Of a stretch of DNA of 64,000 nucleotides, positions 19,272 through 27,164 are shown in pieces. The notes below the pieces were generated by a model. The model was not told the DNA's origin. It saw nothing but the letters and a program-made list of their open reading frames with translations, and did not search any database. Location: IMG/VR virus record IMGVR_UViG_2693429668_000006; one strand, 5' to 3'. Position numbers and translations under genes: made by a program. The stretch comes from a virus. Taxonomy: Duplodnaviria; Heunggongvirae; Uroviricota; Caudoviricetes. Position 1 is the stretch's first letter; each line of letters starts with the position of its first letter.

Positions 19272-19296
19272 AAGCGTGGAGGTGTTCTCCACGCTT
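19272..19296. terminator. hairpin AAGCGTGGAG-gtgtt-CTCCACGCTT with flanking T-run
   Basis: Perfect 10-bp stem between helicase stop (19302) and primase; T6 follows on plus strand, A6 precedes. Confidence 0.55.
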
Positions 19297-19301
19297 ATTT
19301 T

Positions 19302-20642
19302 TTAGGTAACGTCTAAGATTCGCTCAATGAAGCGCATTTGTTCGAGGTTTTGTTTAACGCGAATGCTGATCCCTCCCTGCTGGTTACGTGAACCGGCAAA
19401 GTAGAGACGAGCCTCTCCTTTCGCTTCTTCTTCTTCGGTTTTGTTGATCGTTATTACCAGGTCAGCAATACGTACTTTTTCGATGTTGTCGGCAGCGTGC
19501 ATCATTGTGGCAACTTCTGACGCGCCACCTTCACGGTTTGTCTGCGATGCCGTGATCCCAGCAACGTTATGCTTGTCATAAAGAGCACGTAAATCGGTGT
19601 AGATACTACGAATGTTGGCGCGATCATCACGAAGGTCATAACTGGCACGCATCAAATCTGCGTAGTCGACAACAACCATGTCAGGCACCATGCCGTTGGC
19701 TTTCATGCTGTTAAGCATACGGTCCAGATCTGCCGGTGACATACTTCCTGACGGACGCTCAACAACCCACAAACTACCAATCCCCTTAGAGGCTCCCAAC
19801 TCTGCCAACTTACGATGAACTTCATCGCGCCGTTCCACCAACTTGGACATTTCCGTCTCCGACAATCTTGCATCAAAACGGTCGGACAAAATGTTGGTGT
19901 GAACCTCCAGCGAGAGATACAGAACATTGTAGCCAGCAAGCGTTGCGTTTATGGAAAACTCGCCCATTGCGGTCGATTTACCGGATTTAGCGAACCCCAT
20001 GAAGAGCACCATTTCGCGCTTTGCCCAGCCTTTTTGGTACAGCAACCTATCGAGAAGAGGGAGTCCAGTTGTAATACTGTTTGGTACATACTCCTCTGAA
20101 GCCTCATATTCACGCGCTTTCAATCGCTCACTTGCGGAGGTGTAGTAGTCATAGATTCCGGTCGCTTCGTTCGATCCAATCTGCTGAACCTTGGCCATGA
20201 TTGCCATCGCCCCCTGAAAGTCGCCCTTCTCTTTCAGTTCAGCAGCCTTAATCAGAGCATCATCAAACGCTACGCTTTTTGCGAAGGTTGATACCTGGTC
20301 AACCATGTACGAGGTATCGGACAATTTTTCTGCAAGGATGCGCTTAAACGCAACAACAACATCGGCGAATAGTTCCTCACGGATAGTCTTATCGCGTTTC
20401 GCACGCTTAAGCATATCCAGAATTGCAGATGAAGAGGGCGCGCTCTTGTACATACGGTAATAGCCCGAAACCATATTAACCAATATGGCATTGGCCGCAT
20501 TGGCAAATTGGCTAGGCACAACCAGATCTCCCGCACGAGTAAGAAACTCGTGATCACGACAAAAATATGCCGTCAGTCTGTTCTGGAAATCTTCATCAAA
20601 CTCTTCGGACAGCCCGCGTCCTGTATGGCAAAGTTCGGTCAT
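19302..20642 (-). CDS. replicative DNA helicase (DnaB-like, RecA-fold)
   Basis: 446 aa; Walker A GFAKSGKST in C-terminal half, N-terminal helical domain, layout of DnaB/T7 gp4-type helicases. Confidence 0.8.
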   Translation of the reverse strand: MTELCHTGRGLSEEFDEDFQNRLTAYFCRDHEFLTRAGDLVVPSQFANAANAILVNMVSGYYRMYKSAPSSSAILDMLKRAKRDKTIREELFADVVVAFKRILAEKLSDTSYMVDQVSTFAKSVAFDDALIKAAELKEKGDFQGAMAIMAKVQQIGSNEATGIYDYYTSASERLKAREYEASEEYVPNSITTGLPLLDRLLYQKGWAKREMVLFMGFAKSGKSTAMGEFSINATLAGYNVLYLSLEVHTNILSDRFDARLSETEMSKLVERRDEVHRKLAELGASKGIGSLWVVERPSGSMSPADLDRMLNSMKANGMVPDMVVVDYADLMRASYDLRDDRANIRSIYTDLRALYDKHNVAGITASQTNREGGASEVATMMHAADNIEKVRIADLVITINKTEEEEAKGEARLYFAGSRNQQGGISIRVKQNLEQMRFIERILDVT

Positions 20643-20685
20643 GTGCTTTCCTTTGTTTTTTAAACAAATTGTTTTCTAGTATTAG

Positions 20686-21435
20686 TTAATTAGATAGGGG
20701 ATCAATAAACCGCCGTGCTTCTTCCAGTTCTTCTGGAAAGTGGGCGGAAATAAGGCGCTCTGGAACGATTTCCATTAGCCAGATAGCGGAGAAAATTGCG
20801 CGTATGCGCTTACTGCGAGGGATGGTGCGCAAACGCTCCAGAATCCACTCAAAATAGCTTTCCTGAATCGGGTTGAACTGCATGTCTCCCATATGCTTAA
20901 AGCTAACCAGAGAGTCATCCAGACGGGTTGTTGCGCGTCTGGCTAATTTCTCTTCAAATATCTCAATCAGTTCTGGCTGCCACAAATGCTGTGGGCGAGG
21001 CAGCTTGTCCCACAGACGTCGTGCAGCTGCGGAAAGAACAGTGGAGATAAAGTAGTCGTATGAGCAGCAATAGCGATCCGCAAACTGGCGTGCTTTCCAT
21101 AGCGACGTTTTATTAGCAGTCGACAACTCCTGATAAGGCAAGCGTTTTAACCCGGTGGTGAACGGAGCTGTTTCAAAGTGTTCACGACCGTGCGTCAGCA
21201 TGATATTTGAGTACTGACGTTTGTATGCCTCCGTAAACAGACAGGTGGCCATGAGAGGATGCATATCGCGGTAATCAAACCACTTCGTCTCAAACAGTTC
21301 AGCCTCGTCTTTGCAGCGCGACAAACCAATGTTTTCAGCAACCCACTTGTCCATAACAGCGGTATTCCACTCTGTCATGAAGTCGTACTGGTCGTTGTCG
21401 ATGGTATCGAAAAAGATTTGGCTCATGTGGCTCAC
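20686..21435 (-). CDS. hypothetical protein (249 aa)
   Basis: ORF track; promoter-like motif GGTAGGTAGTTACTTACTTATC immediately upstream. Confidence 0.5.
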   Translation of the reverse strand: MSHMSQIFFDTIDNDQYDFMTEWNTAVMDKWVAENIGLSRCKDEAELFETKWFDYRDMHPLMATCLFTEAYKRQYSNIMLTHGREHFETAPFTTGLKRLPYQELSTANKTSLWKARQFADRYCCSYDYFISTVLSAAARRLWDKLPRPQHLWQPELIEIFEEKLARRATTRLDDSLVSFKHMGDMQFNPIQESYFEWILERLRTIPRSKRIRAIFSAIWLMEIVPERLISAHFPEELEEARRFIDPLSN

Positions 21436-21540
21436 CTGGTAGGTAGTTACTTACTTATCACAATGAGCGGATGATAGCGACTGGTGGCAGTTTTTGGAAG
21501 TGGAAACGGAAGGGACTTGTTCTGGTGGGTGTCTTTAAAA

Positions 21541-21599
21541 GACCTGCTTCTGTATATACAAATAATAAGTAACTTATTAAATACATACGGAAGCAGGTC
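21541..21599. promoter_or_regulatory. 59-bp near-perfect palindrome (GACCTGCTTC ... AATAAGTAACTTATT ... GAAGCAGGTC)
   Basis: Outer arms GACCTGCTTC/GAAGCAGGTC and AT-rich palindromic core; near-identical inverted copy at 53656-53714. Confidence 0.55.
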
Positions 21600-21607
21600 A
21601 TAATCTA

Positions 21608-23314
21608 TTAATGATTGAGTATTTTATTAACACGCAGCTTATTAAGTGTTGATTTTGAAGCAACTTCCTCCAAAGCTTCTATTGCTTTATCAGTGATGCT
21701 CTTCTGTTCGTCTGTCGGGTGTTGCATACCCTTGAACTTGAGCATAGTCTCTTCTACTAAATTCAAAGCATCCTGATCACAGGATAATATCCAGTTTACG
21801 TAATCATCTTTAGAAAAACTGTTAAGAATATTCACATCACTATGGTTAAATCTTCCACCAGCTATTTTTTTTATAATTTTATCTAAGTTATAGTCATCTG
21901 GATTTCTATCTTTCAATTTTTTTTCAATTCTGAAACCTAATTCTTCATTTCCGAAGATCTCTACTCGCAAAGAATTAAATGTAGCATACGCATTGTCTTT
22001 ATTAACAAAAGCATCTGCATATGCCTCTATAATATTATTACAATCTCTATCCAATTTGATTAGGACATTTATTAAACCTACGAACTGTCCAATTGGTATA
22101 CGCAACAGACTATCGTTAATTACGCGCTCAATTTGAAAAATAAACTCTGATTCATTATCTTTAAAAGAGTTTCTAAAAACATCCCAAATTTTATAAACCT
22201 CACATAAAACCCTATTATCTCTATATTGTTCATTTTTTTCTTTTATTATATTTAGAATATTGCTTTCAGAAGACACATAACCGTTCTTAAGGTAAAAATC
22301 TATATCATCATCGAAAGCACTTTCTGCTCGTTCATAAATAATATCAAGGCTATTAACAAATGAATATACAGAGTTAACTTCTTCCTTTTCATCTTTATCA
22401 TCTAACATATAGTCGAATGCATGTATATTTTTGATTGACTCCTTAAATGAAGCATAATCAACGCTAGGAACACCAAAATAGTAAACCACTGAAAATAAGA
22501 CCAATCTATTAATAAAACTTTCTCTAACCTTATCCTCTGCTAACTTTAGCACATCTCTAAATATAACTAGAGATGATTTTATTTTATTTAATATTCTAAT
22601 GTTTTTGATGTTTAAATCATTTGCTAGGTTTTTTAACAAAAGAAAATCAGGGTCAGTCTCATAAAAAACTTTTCTTAAGTTTTTCTCAGGCGTGGGATCG
22701 TATTTTATTTCCACATCAATTATTTTTTCTCTATACTCTAAAAACTGTTGTTGTGCAGTTTCTTCATGTAAGTTATCTTCATTTAATATTAGAACAACCT
22801 TGCAATTTTTTCTTCTTGCCAACTCATCAATTACCCCCATAATCTCTTTAATTTCTAGCGCACTACCTTTTCGTTCAATATCATCAATGCAAACCAAATA
22901 ATTATTAACAAATTTATACTCAAGAGATGACAGCAGATTATCAGTTTTGAACCCAAAAAAATCGTTCTTTCCAAAATGTATTAAAAATTTTGACAAGGAG
23001 TTGTATTTCAACCATCCCCAAAACCCATTTCTATAACGAATCATAGTTCGATCCGTTTCAGATAAAATCAGTTCTTTATATTTCTTTTCATTAATTGGTG
23101 TGGCACAATGATAAAGAGCTTTTTTAATGTCTCCAATAGAATTTATTCCAAACAAAGAAACATATGAATATGCATTAAAATCTAATTTTTTAGAATGTTT
23201 AGTATAAAAGCTATTCCAATAATGCGTTTTACCTACTCCCCAATTTCCTTTTATGACAGCAACCCGATGATCTGAGTCCAAAAAATTTTTTAAAAATACT
23301 TCTATCGATTCCAT
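21608..23314 (-). CDS. KAP-family P-loop NTPase
   Basis: 568 aa; KAP-type Walker A VIKGNWGVGKTHYW and Walker B-like LVCIDDIERKG (compare GxWGxGKS and IDDLDR of KAP NTPases); gene body strongly AT-rich. Confidence 0.7.
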   Translation of the reverse strand: MESIEVFLKNFLDSDHRVAVIKGNWGVGKTHYWNSFYTKHSKKLDFNAYSYVSLFGINSIGDIKKALYHCATPINEKKYKELILSETDRTMIRYRNGFWGWLKYNSLSKFLIHFGKNDFFGFKTDNLLSSLEYKFVNNYLVCIDDIERKGSALEIKEIMGVIDELARRKNCKVVLILNEDNLHEETAQQQFLEYREKIIDVEIKYDPTPEKNLRKVFYETDPDFLLLKNLANDLNIKNIRILNKIKSSLVIFRDVLKLAEDKVRESFINRLVLFSVVYYFGVPSVDYASFKESIKNIHAFDYMLDDKDEKEEVNSVYSFVNSLDIIYERAESAFDDDIDFYLKNGYVSSESNILNIIKEKNEQYRDNRVLCEVYKIWDVFRNSFKDNESEFIFQIERVINDSLLRIPIGQFVGLINVLIKLDRDCNNIIEAYADAFVNKDNAYATFNSLRVEIFGNEELGFRIEKKLKDRNPDDYNLDKIIKKIAGGRFNHSDVNILNSFSKDDYVNWILSCDQDALNLVEETMLKFKGMQHPTDEQKSITDKAIEALEEVASKSTLNKLRVNKILNH

Positions 23315-23338
23315 TGGTGTCTATCCTTCAACTCATAT

Positions 23339-23361
23339 ATTGGGCGTAACAAACGCCCAAT
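23339..23361. terminator. hairpin ATTGGGCGT-aacaa-ACGCCCAAT between parG-like gene and KAP NTPase gene
   Basis: Perfect 9-bp stem located 5 nt downstream of the ParG-like stop. Confidence 0.45.
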
Positions 23362-23365
23362 ATAA

Positions 23366-23725
23366 TCACCCTTTCTTCATCAACTCGCGTTTAATTTCAT
23401 CGGTACGCATCGTGACATCGGCAGCTGTGATCGCCTCGTTAAGTTTCACGATGTCCTCGATTTCCTGCGGTGTCTTCTCCGCAAGATGGAAAATAGCAGC
23501 ACGAATCACGTCAGAACGAGTGAACTTCTCGAAGCGAGGGATGAACTTCATCATCTCCAGCAGTTCGAAGTATTCGTCCTCCAGTGACATTGTGCGGCTT
23601 TTAATTTTCTCTTTGCCACGAGTCGGGCGTCCCTGTGGTCTGACTGGTTGGCGCAAAGGAGTTGTGTTCTTAGCCGGTGCATCAGGCTCTTTGCGCTTTG
23701 CTAGGTCACCCATTTTCATGGACAT
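23366..23725 (-). CDS. parG: ParG-like centromere-binding protein (putative ribbon-helix-helix)
   Basis: 119 aa; basic flexible N-terminus then short helical C-terminus; stop/start coupled to ParA gene, as in ParF/ParG type Ib systems. Confidence 0.55.
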   Translation of the reverse strand: MSMKMGDLAKRKEPDAPAKNTTPLRQPVRPQGRPTRGKEKIKSRTMSLEDEYFELLEMMKFIPRFEKFTRSDVIRAAIFHLAEKTPQEIEDIVKLNEAITAADVTMRTDEIKRELMKKG

Positions 23726-24393
23726 TATTCTTCTTCCTCCAGACTCAACAGATAATCTACAAATTCTTCAAACTCGGCTTCCGCCTTTTTGTCGCGCTCG
23801 CTACCGGTCATTTCAAAGATAGAACGACCAGACTCTTCCGCATCATCATAGACGTTGCGGTTATATAGATTGACTGGCGCAGACTCGATGCCAAACGTCT
23901 CAACAATCTCTTTAGCCGCCAGAATGCGAGACACTTGTGATGGCAAAGCCGGGCACTGGTTCATGACCGCGCGGACCTTCACTTTATCGTTTACATTACG
24001 AACATTGTCGATAATAGGATCGATGTCACGCAGAGATTTCAAATCACGACGCTTAGGACGAAGCGGGATAATGATAACGTCGGCCATCAGCATCGCTTGT
24101 CGCTGAATTTCGGAGTCAAAGCCACCAGCATCTACCACTACAAACTCAGCTCTACCCTGAAGCGATTTTAGGTGCTTAATGATGTCATCCTGAACGTATG
24201 CAAAAGGAATCAGCTCAAGGTCTTCGTTCTGTCGACGGTCTTCACACCAGCTTGTTGTCGTGCGCTGAATATCTATATCAGTGATATAAACCTTCTTCTT
24301 CTTTTTGACTTTCAGGCAAACGGCAATTTGCTGGGCAACGGTGGATTTGCCAGGCCCGCCCTTTGTGCCGCCAACCACAAAGATCTTGGTCAT
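23725..24393 (-). CDS. parA: ParA/ParF-type partition ATPase (small type Ib)
   Basis: 222 aa; deviant Walker A GGTKGGPGKST at N-terminus. Confidence 0.8.
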   Translation of the reverse strand: MTKIFVVGGTKGGPGKSTVAQQIAVCLKVKKKKKVYITDIDIQRTTTSWCEDRRQNEDLELIPFAYVQDDIIKHLKSLQGRAEFVVVDAGGFDSEIQRQAMLMADVIIIPLRPKRRDLKSLRDIDPIIDNVRNVNDKVKVRAVMNQCPALPSQVSRILAAKEIVETFGIESAPVNLYNRNVYDDAEESGRSIFEMTGSERDKKAEAEFEEFVDYLLSLEEEE

Positions 24394-24672
24394 TGGAGAG
24401 TTCCCTTTGCGTCTATTATTATCGTCTGAAACAACTTGTTTTCTTATATGTGATATAGCCTAAATGCCTACGGCTACGGTGTAAAGGTTAAATGGTAGGT
24501 TGTGGTTAACAATTGGCAATCATAGCTTGTATTTGTCTGTTGAAAAAAGTAACAATGACCTCTATATTACAAGTACGGTGATATGCCGTACACAATTTGA
24601 TAATGCACACGTAATGGGCTATAGCCTTTTAAAGTAATTTTTGAGTCGAAAACTCAGTTTGAACAGAGGAGA

Positions 24673-24981
24673 TTGATGGCCTTCCTACATCACGGCCATC
24701 AGGAGGAATACATGTCAGCACTAAAAAAGCAGCGCATCGATTTGAGATTAACCGATGACGATAAAAGCATCATCGAGGAAGCTGCCGCAATGTCTAACCA
24801 GAGCATTACTCAGTTTATGGTTAGCAGTGCATCTGAACGTGCCGTGAAAGTTATAGAGCAACACCGTAGACTAGTTCTGAATGAAGAATCCTGGAATCTG
24901 GTTATGGACGCTATAAGCAATCCTCCGGCACCGAACGACAAGCTGAAACGAGCTGCTGATCGTCTGAAAAGCATGGAGTAG
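24673..24981 (+). CDS. tacA: antitoxin, TacA/DUF1778-like (RHH) partner of GNAT toxin
   Basis: 102 aa; RIDLRLTDDDKSIIEEAAAMSNQSITQFMVSSASERA matches the DUF1778 pattern; real start probably the internal ATG at 24712; 7-nt gap to toxin gene. Confidence 0.75.
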   Translation: MMAFLHHGHQEEYMSALKKQRIDLRLTDDDKSIIEEAAAMSNQSITQFMVSSASERAVKVIEQHRRLVLNEESWNLVMDAISNPPAPNDKLKRAADRLKSME

Positions 24982-24988
24982 TTTACTC

Positions 24989-25510
24989 GTGAGCAATACA
25001 ACGATAGAGATTTTCTCTGGAGAGAAAGATTATGATCTAAACGGTTTTGATTGCGGCGAAGAGTCACTAAACGCCTTTTTAGCCAACCACTTAAAAAGGC
25101 AGCATGAGGGAAAAATTCTTCGTGCTTATGTGCTTTGCACTCAAGAAGAAAGGCCAAAAGTGTTAGGATATTACACTTTGTCAGGTAGTTGTTTTGAAAA
25201 GGAGTCCTTACCTTCAAGAAGCAAACAAAAGAAGGTTCCTTATCGGAATGTTCCAAGTGTTACTTTGGGTAGGCTGGCTTTGGACAAGTCCCTTCAAGGT
25301 CAAGGATTTGGCTCAATGCTTGTAACACATGCAATGCGCGTTGTGTACAATGCATCTCTTGCTGTAGGCATTCATGGACTTTTCGTTGAGGCGTTAAATG
25401 ACAAAGCCAAGGCGTTTTATAAAAGTTTAGGCTTTATCCAGCTGGTTGGTAACAACGAGCGTTCTTTGTTCTATCCTACAAAATCTATCGAAAAATTGTT
25501 CGAAGAATAA
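24989..25510 (+). CDS. tacT: GNAT-family acetyltransferase toxin (TacT/AtaT-like)
   Basis: 173 aa; GNAT motif A region LQGQGFGSMLV; immediately follows the DUF1778 antitoxin. Confidence 0.8.
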   Translation: MSNTTIEIFSGEKDYDLNGFDCGEESLNAFLANHLKRQHEGKILRAYVLCTQEERPKVLGYYTLSGSCFEKESLPSRSKQKKVPYRNVPSVTLGRLALDKSLQGQGFGSMLVTHAMRVVYNASLAVGIHGLFVEALNDKAKAFYKSLGFIQLVGNNERSLFYPTKSIEKLFEE

Positions 25511-25542
25511 TGTGTTCCCCTCATTTGAGGGGAACTTCGACA

Positions 25543-25758
25543 TCACCAACCACAAACCCTCTCTCCCATCGTATTGTGAAAAAGGATTTGGCGTTCGGTT
25601 TCTTCAGTCATTACATCATTATTGCTGATATAGATAGGCTCAGCCCCATCGCAGAACAACACGCTGGCTGTTTGTGGTTTAATGACGCACCCACTTATCA
25701 TACAACTCACGATGAACGGCAGAAGCATCTTTCTGACGTATTTTACTGCTCGTCTCAT
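25543..25758 (-). CDS. candidate o-spanin-like outer-membrane lipoprotein overlapping the upstream gene
   Basis: 71 aa; lipobox CMISGC after hydrophobic leader; overlaps 3' end of the candidate i-spanin in another frame; not proline-rich, so tentative. Confidence 0.3.
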   Translation of the reverse strand: MRRAVKYVRKMLLPFIVSCMISGCVIKPQTASVLFCDGAEPIYISNNDVMTEETERQILFHNTMGERVCGW

Positions 25759-25930
25759 TCACCACTTTCACTGTGTTTTGAAGTCGTTTTCTGTCTTCCT
25801 GTTTTGCCTTCTCTTCCATTGCTCGTCGCGCCGCATTCCCGCCCATCGTGTAAGCGCCGACAAGAACGAAAAGAACGGCAGCCAGCGTAATCAAAGCAAC
25901 TTTTAGCTTTGTCATCAGGCTGCCTAGCAT
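25679..25930 (-). CDS. candidate i-spanin-like membrane protein
   Basis: 83 aa; N-terminal TM LKVALITLAAVLFVLVGAY then charged helical region; directly downstream of endolysin-like gene. Confidence 0.4.
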   Translation of the reverse strand: MLGSLMTKLKVALITLAAVLFVLVGAYTMGGNAARRAMEEKAKQEDRKRLQNTVKVVNETSSKIRQKDASAVHRELYDKWVRH

Positions 25931-25931
25931 A

Positions 25932-26651
25932 TTAGACCATCCCTTTCTGGTGTTTTCTTACCTGCGACCAGGCAATGAATCCTGCCACAACAATAGTGGC
26001 AATACCGAAGATGATGCGTACTGTATCCCCGCTAGAGATATGACCTTGTGCTTTATCCATAGCAGCGGAAACCTGCGGCATAACATCGGCCAGCTGCGCC
26101 AGACCAATACCTGCTGTAACAGTTGCGCCTGCGGTTTCTTTAGTTACAGGAACAGCCTTCACGGTTTTCACCGGCTTAACAACGCCAGCTCGACGCAGAC
26201 CTTCCTCAATAACTTCTGCCGCATACCAGGTGTTCAGCGTTTTTAGCGGGCCTCGGCCATTCTCGTGGCGAATGATTGCCTCAACCAAAGGTCGAAGGAT
26301 GTCGTAATCATGCAGATCGATGATCATGTCTGCGGTTACACCAACGGCTTTAGACACCTCATTAATGTAGGCGTCAGTATTGTTTTCATTCGGCGGTGCC
26401 CAGCGTTCAATAACTTCACGAATGGTATCGATACTTGTGCCGTCTTTTGCGCGACGTTTATCGTGGTAGGTAATTAGAGTCACCGCCAGCGCACGAATCC
26501 CCCAAACAGGGTCTTTAAACGTGCAAAAGCGCGGTTCGTCTGGATTCGCAACCAGACCTTGCCACGGTGATCCTTTATCAAGATTACCGGGGTTATTATT
26601 ACGAATGCCTCTCGGAGTCTTCATCCTTGATCTCCTGTTATTGCAGTCCAT
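25932..26651 (-). CDS. putative peptidoglycan hydrolase (endolysin-like) with C-terminal transmembrane anchor
   Basis: 239 aa; N-terminal GIRNNNPGNL motif region; C-terminal TM VRIIFGIATIVVAGFIAWSQV; flanked by membrane and spanin-like genes; family assignment from memory only. Confidence 0.4.
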   Translation of the reverse strand: MDCNNRRSRMKTPRGIRNNNPGNLDKGSPWQGLVANPDEPRFCTFKDPVWGIRALAVTLITYHDKRRAKDGTSIDTIREVIERWAPPNENNTDAYINEVSKAVGVTADMIIDLHDYDILRPLVEAIIRHENGRGPLKTLNTWYAAEVIEEGLRRAGVVKPVKTVKAVPVTKETAGATVTAGIGLAQLADVMPQVSAAMDKAQGHISSGDTVRIIFGIATIVVAGFIAWSQVRKHQKGMV

Positions 26652-26961
26652 TTTTTACGCCATACGCGGCTAACCCCAAAAGCAGTGCAGTAATAATGAA
26701 CGACGTTATTTTAGAAACAATGCCGCCAAAGAACCCACTGGAGATGGAATCTAACCGGTTAAGGAGCTTGTCCAGGTTGGAGTGTTGAATACTATGTTGC
26801 GCCGGGGTCATATCACCAAAGTAGGTTTTCAGCTGATCATTGACCTCCTGGCCAATTTCTTCACGTAGCTCTTTGCCTAATTTGCCAACAACCTCCCGAG
26901 CAACGATCGCGGCAATACGCTCAACTTGCTCTGTTGTAACGCCCGCCATCTCGTTCGACAT
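26638..26961 (-). CDS. membrane-anchored small protein, possible holin/lysis-associated
   Basis: 107 aa; single C-terminal TM ITSFIITALLLGLAAYGV; overlaps start of endolysin-like gene. Confidence 0.35.
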   Translation of the reverse strand: MSNEMAGVTTEQVERIAAIVAREVVGKLGKELREEIGQEVNDQLKTYFGDMTPAQHSIQHSNLDKLLNRLDSISSGFFGGIVSKITSFIITALLLGLAAYGVKNGLQ

Positions 26962-27164
26962 GTTTTCCTCCGTGAAAAGTCAAATCGGGATGGCGGATTT
27001 ATATCACACTTCTCCTTTTAATTGTAGGTATATACTTACCTACCTATACATATACCGTTTAACGGTTGTTCATATTCGCATCTAGTAACTCACTAATATA
27101 TCCCTATGATTGCGGCTGTGAAATCGCATTTTTAAACCACACAGCCATATAAATAATGTCTAAA

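Noticed and set aside
18039-19292. Longest-ORF start (19292) for the primase
   Set aside because: That start codon sits inside the stem of a perfect hairpin and the encoded N-terminal ~25 residues are hydrophobic/non-protein-like; a downstream start was preferred.
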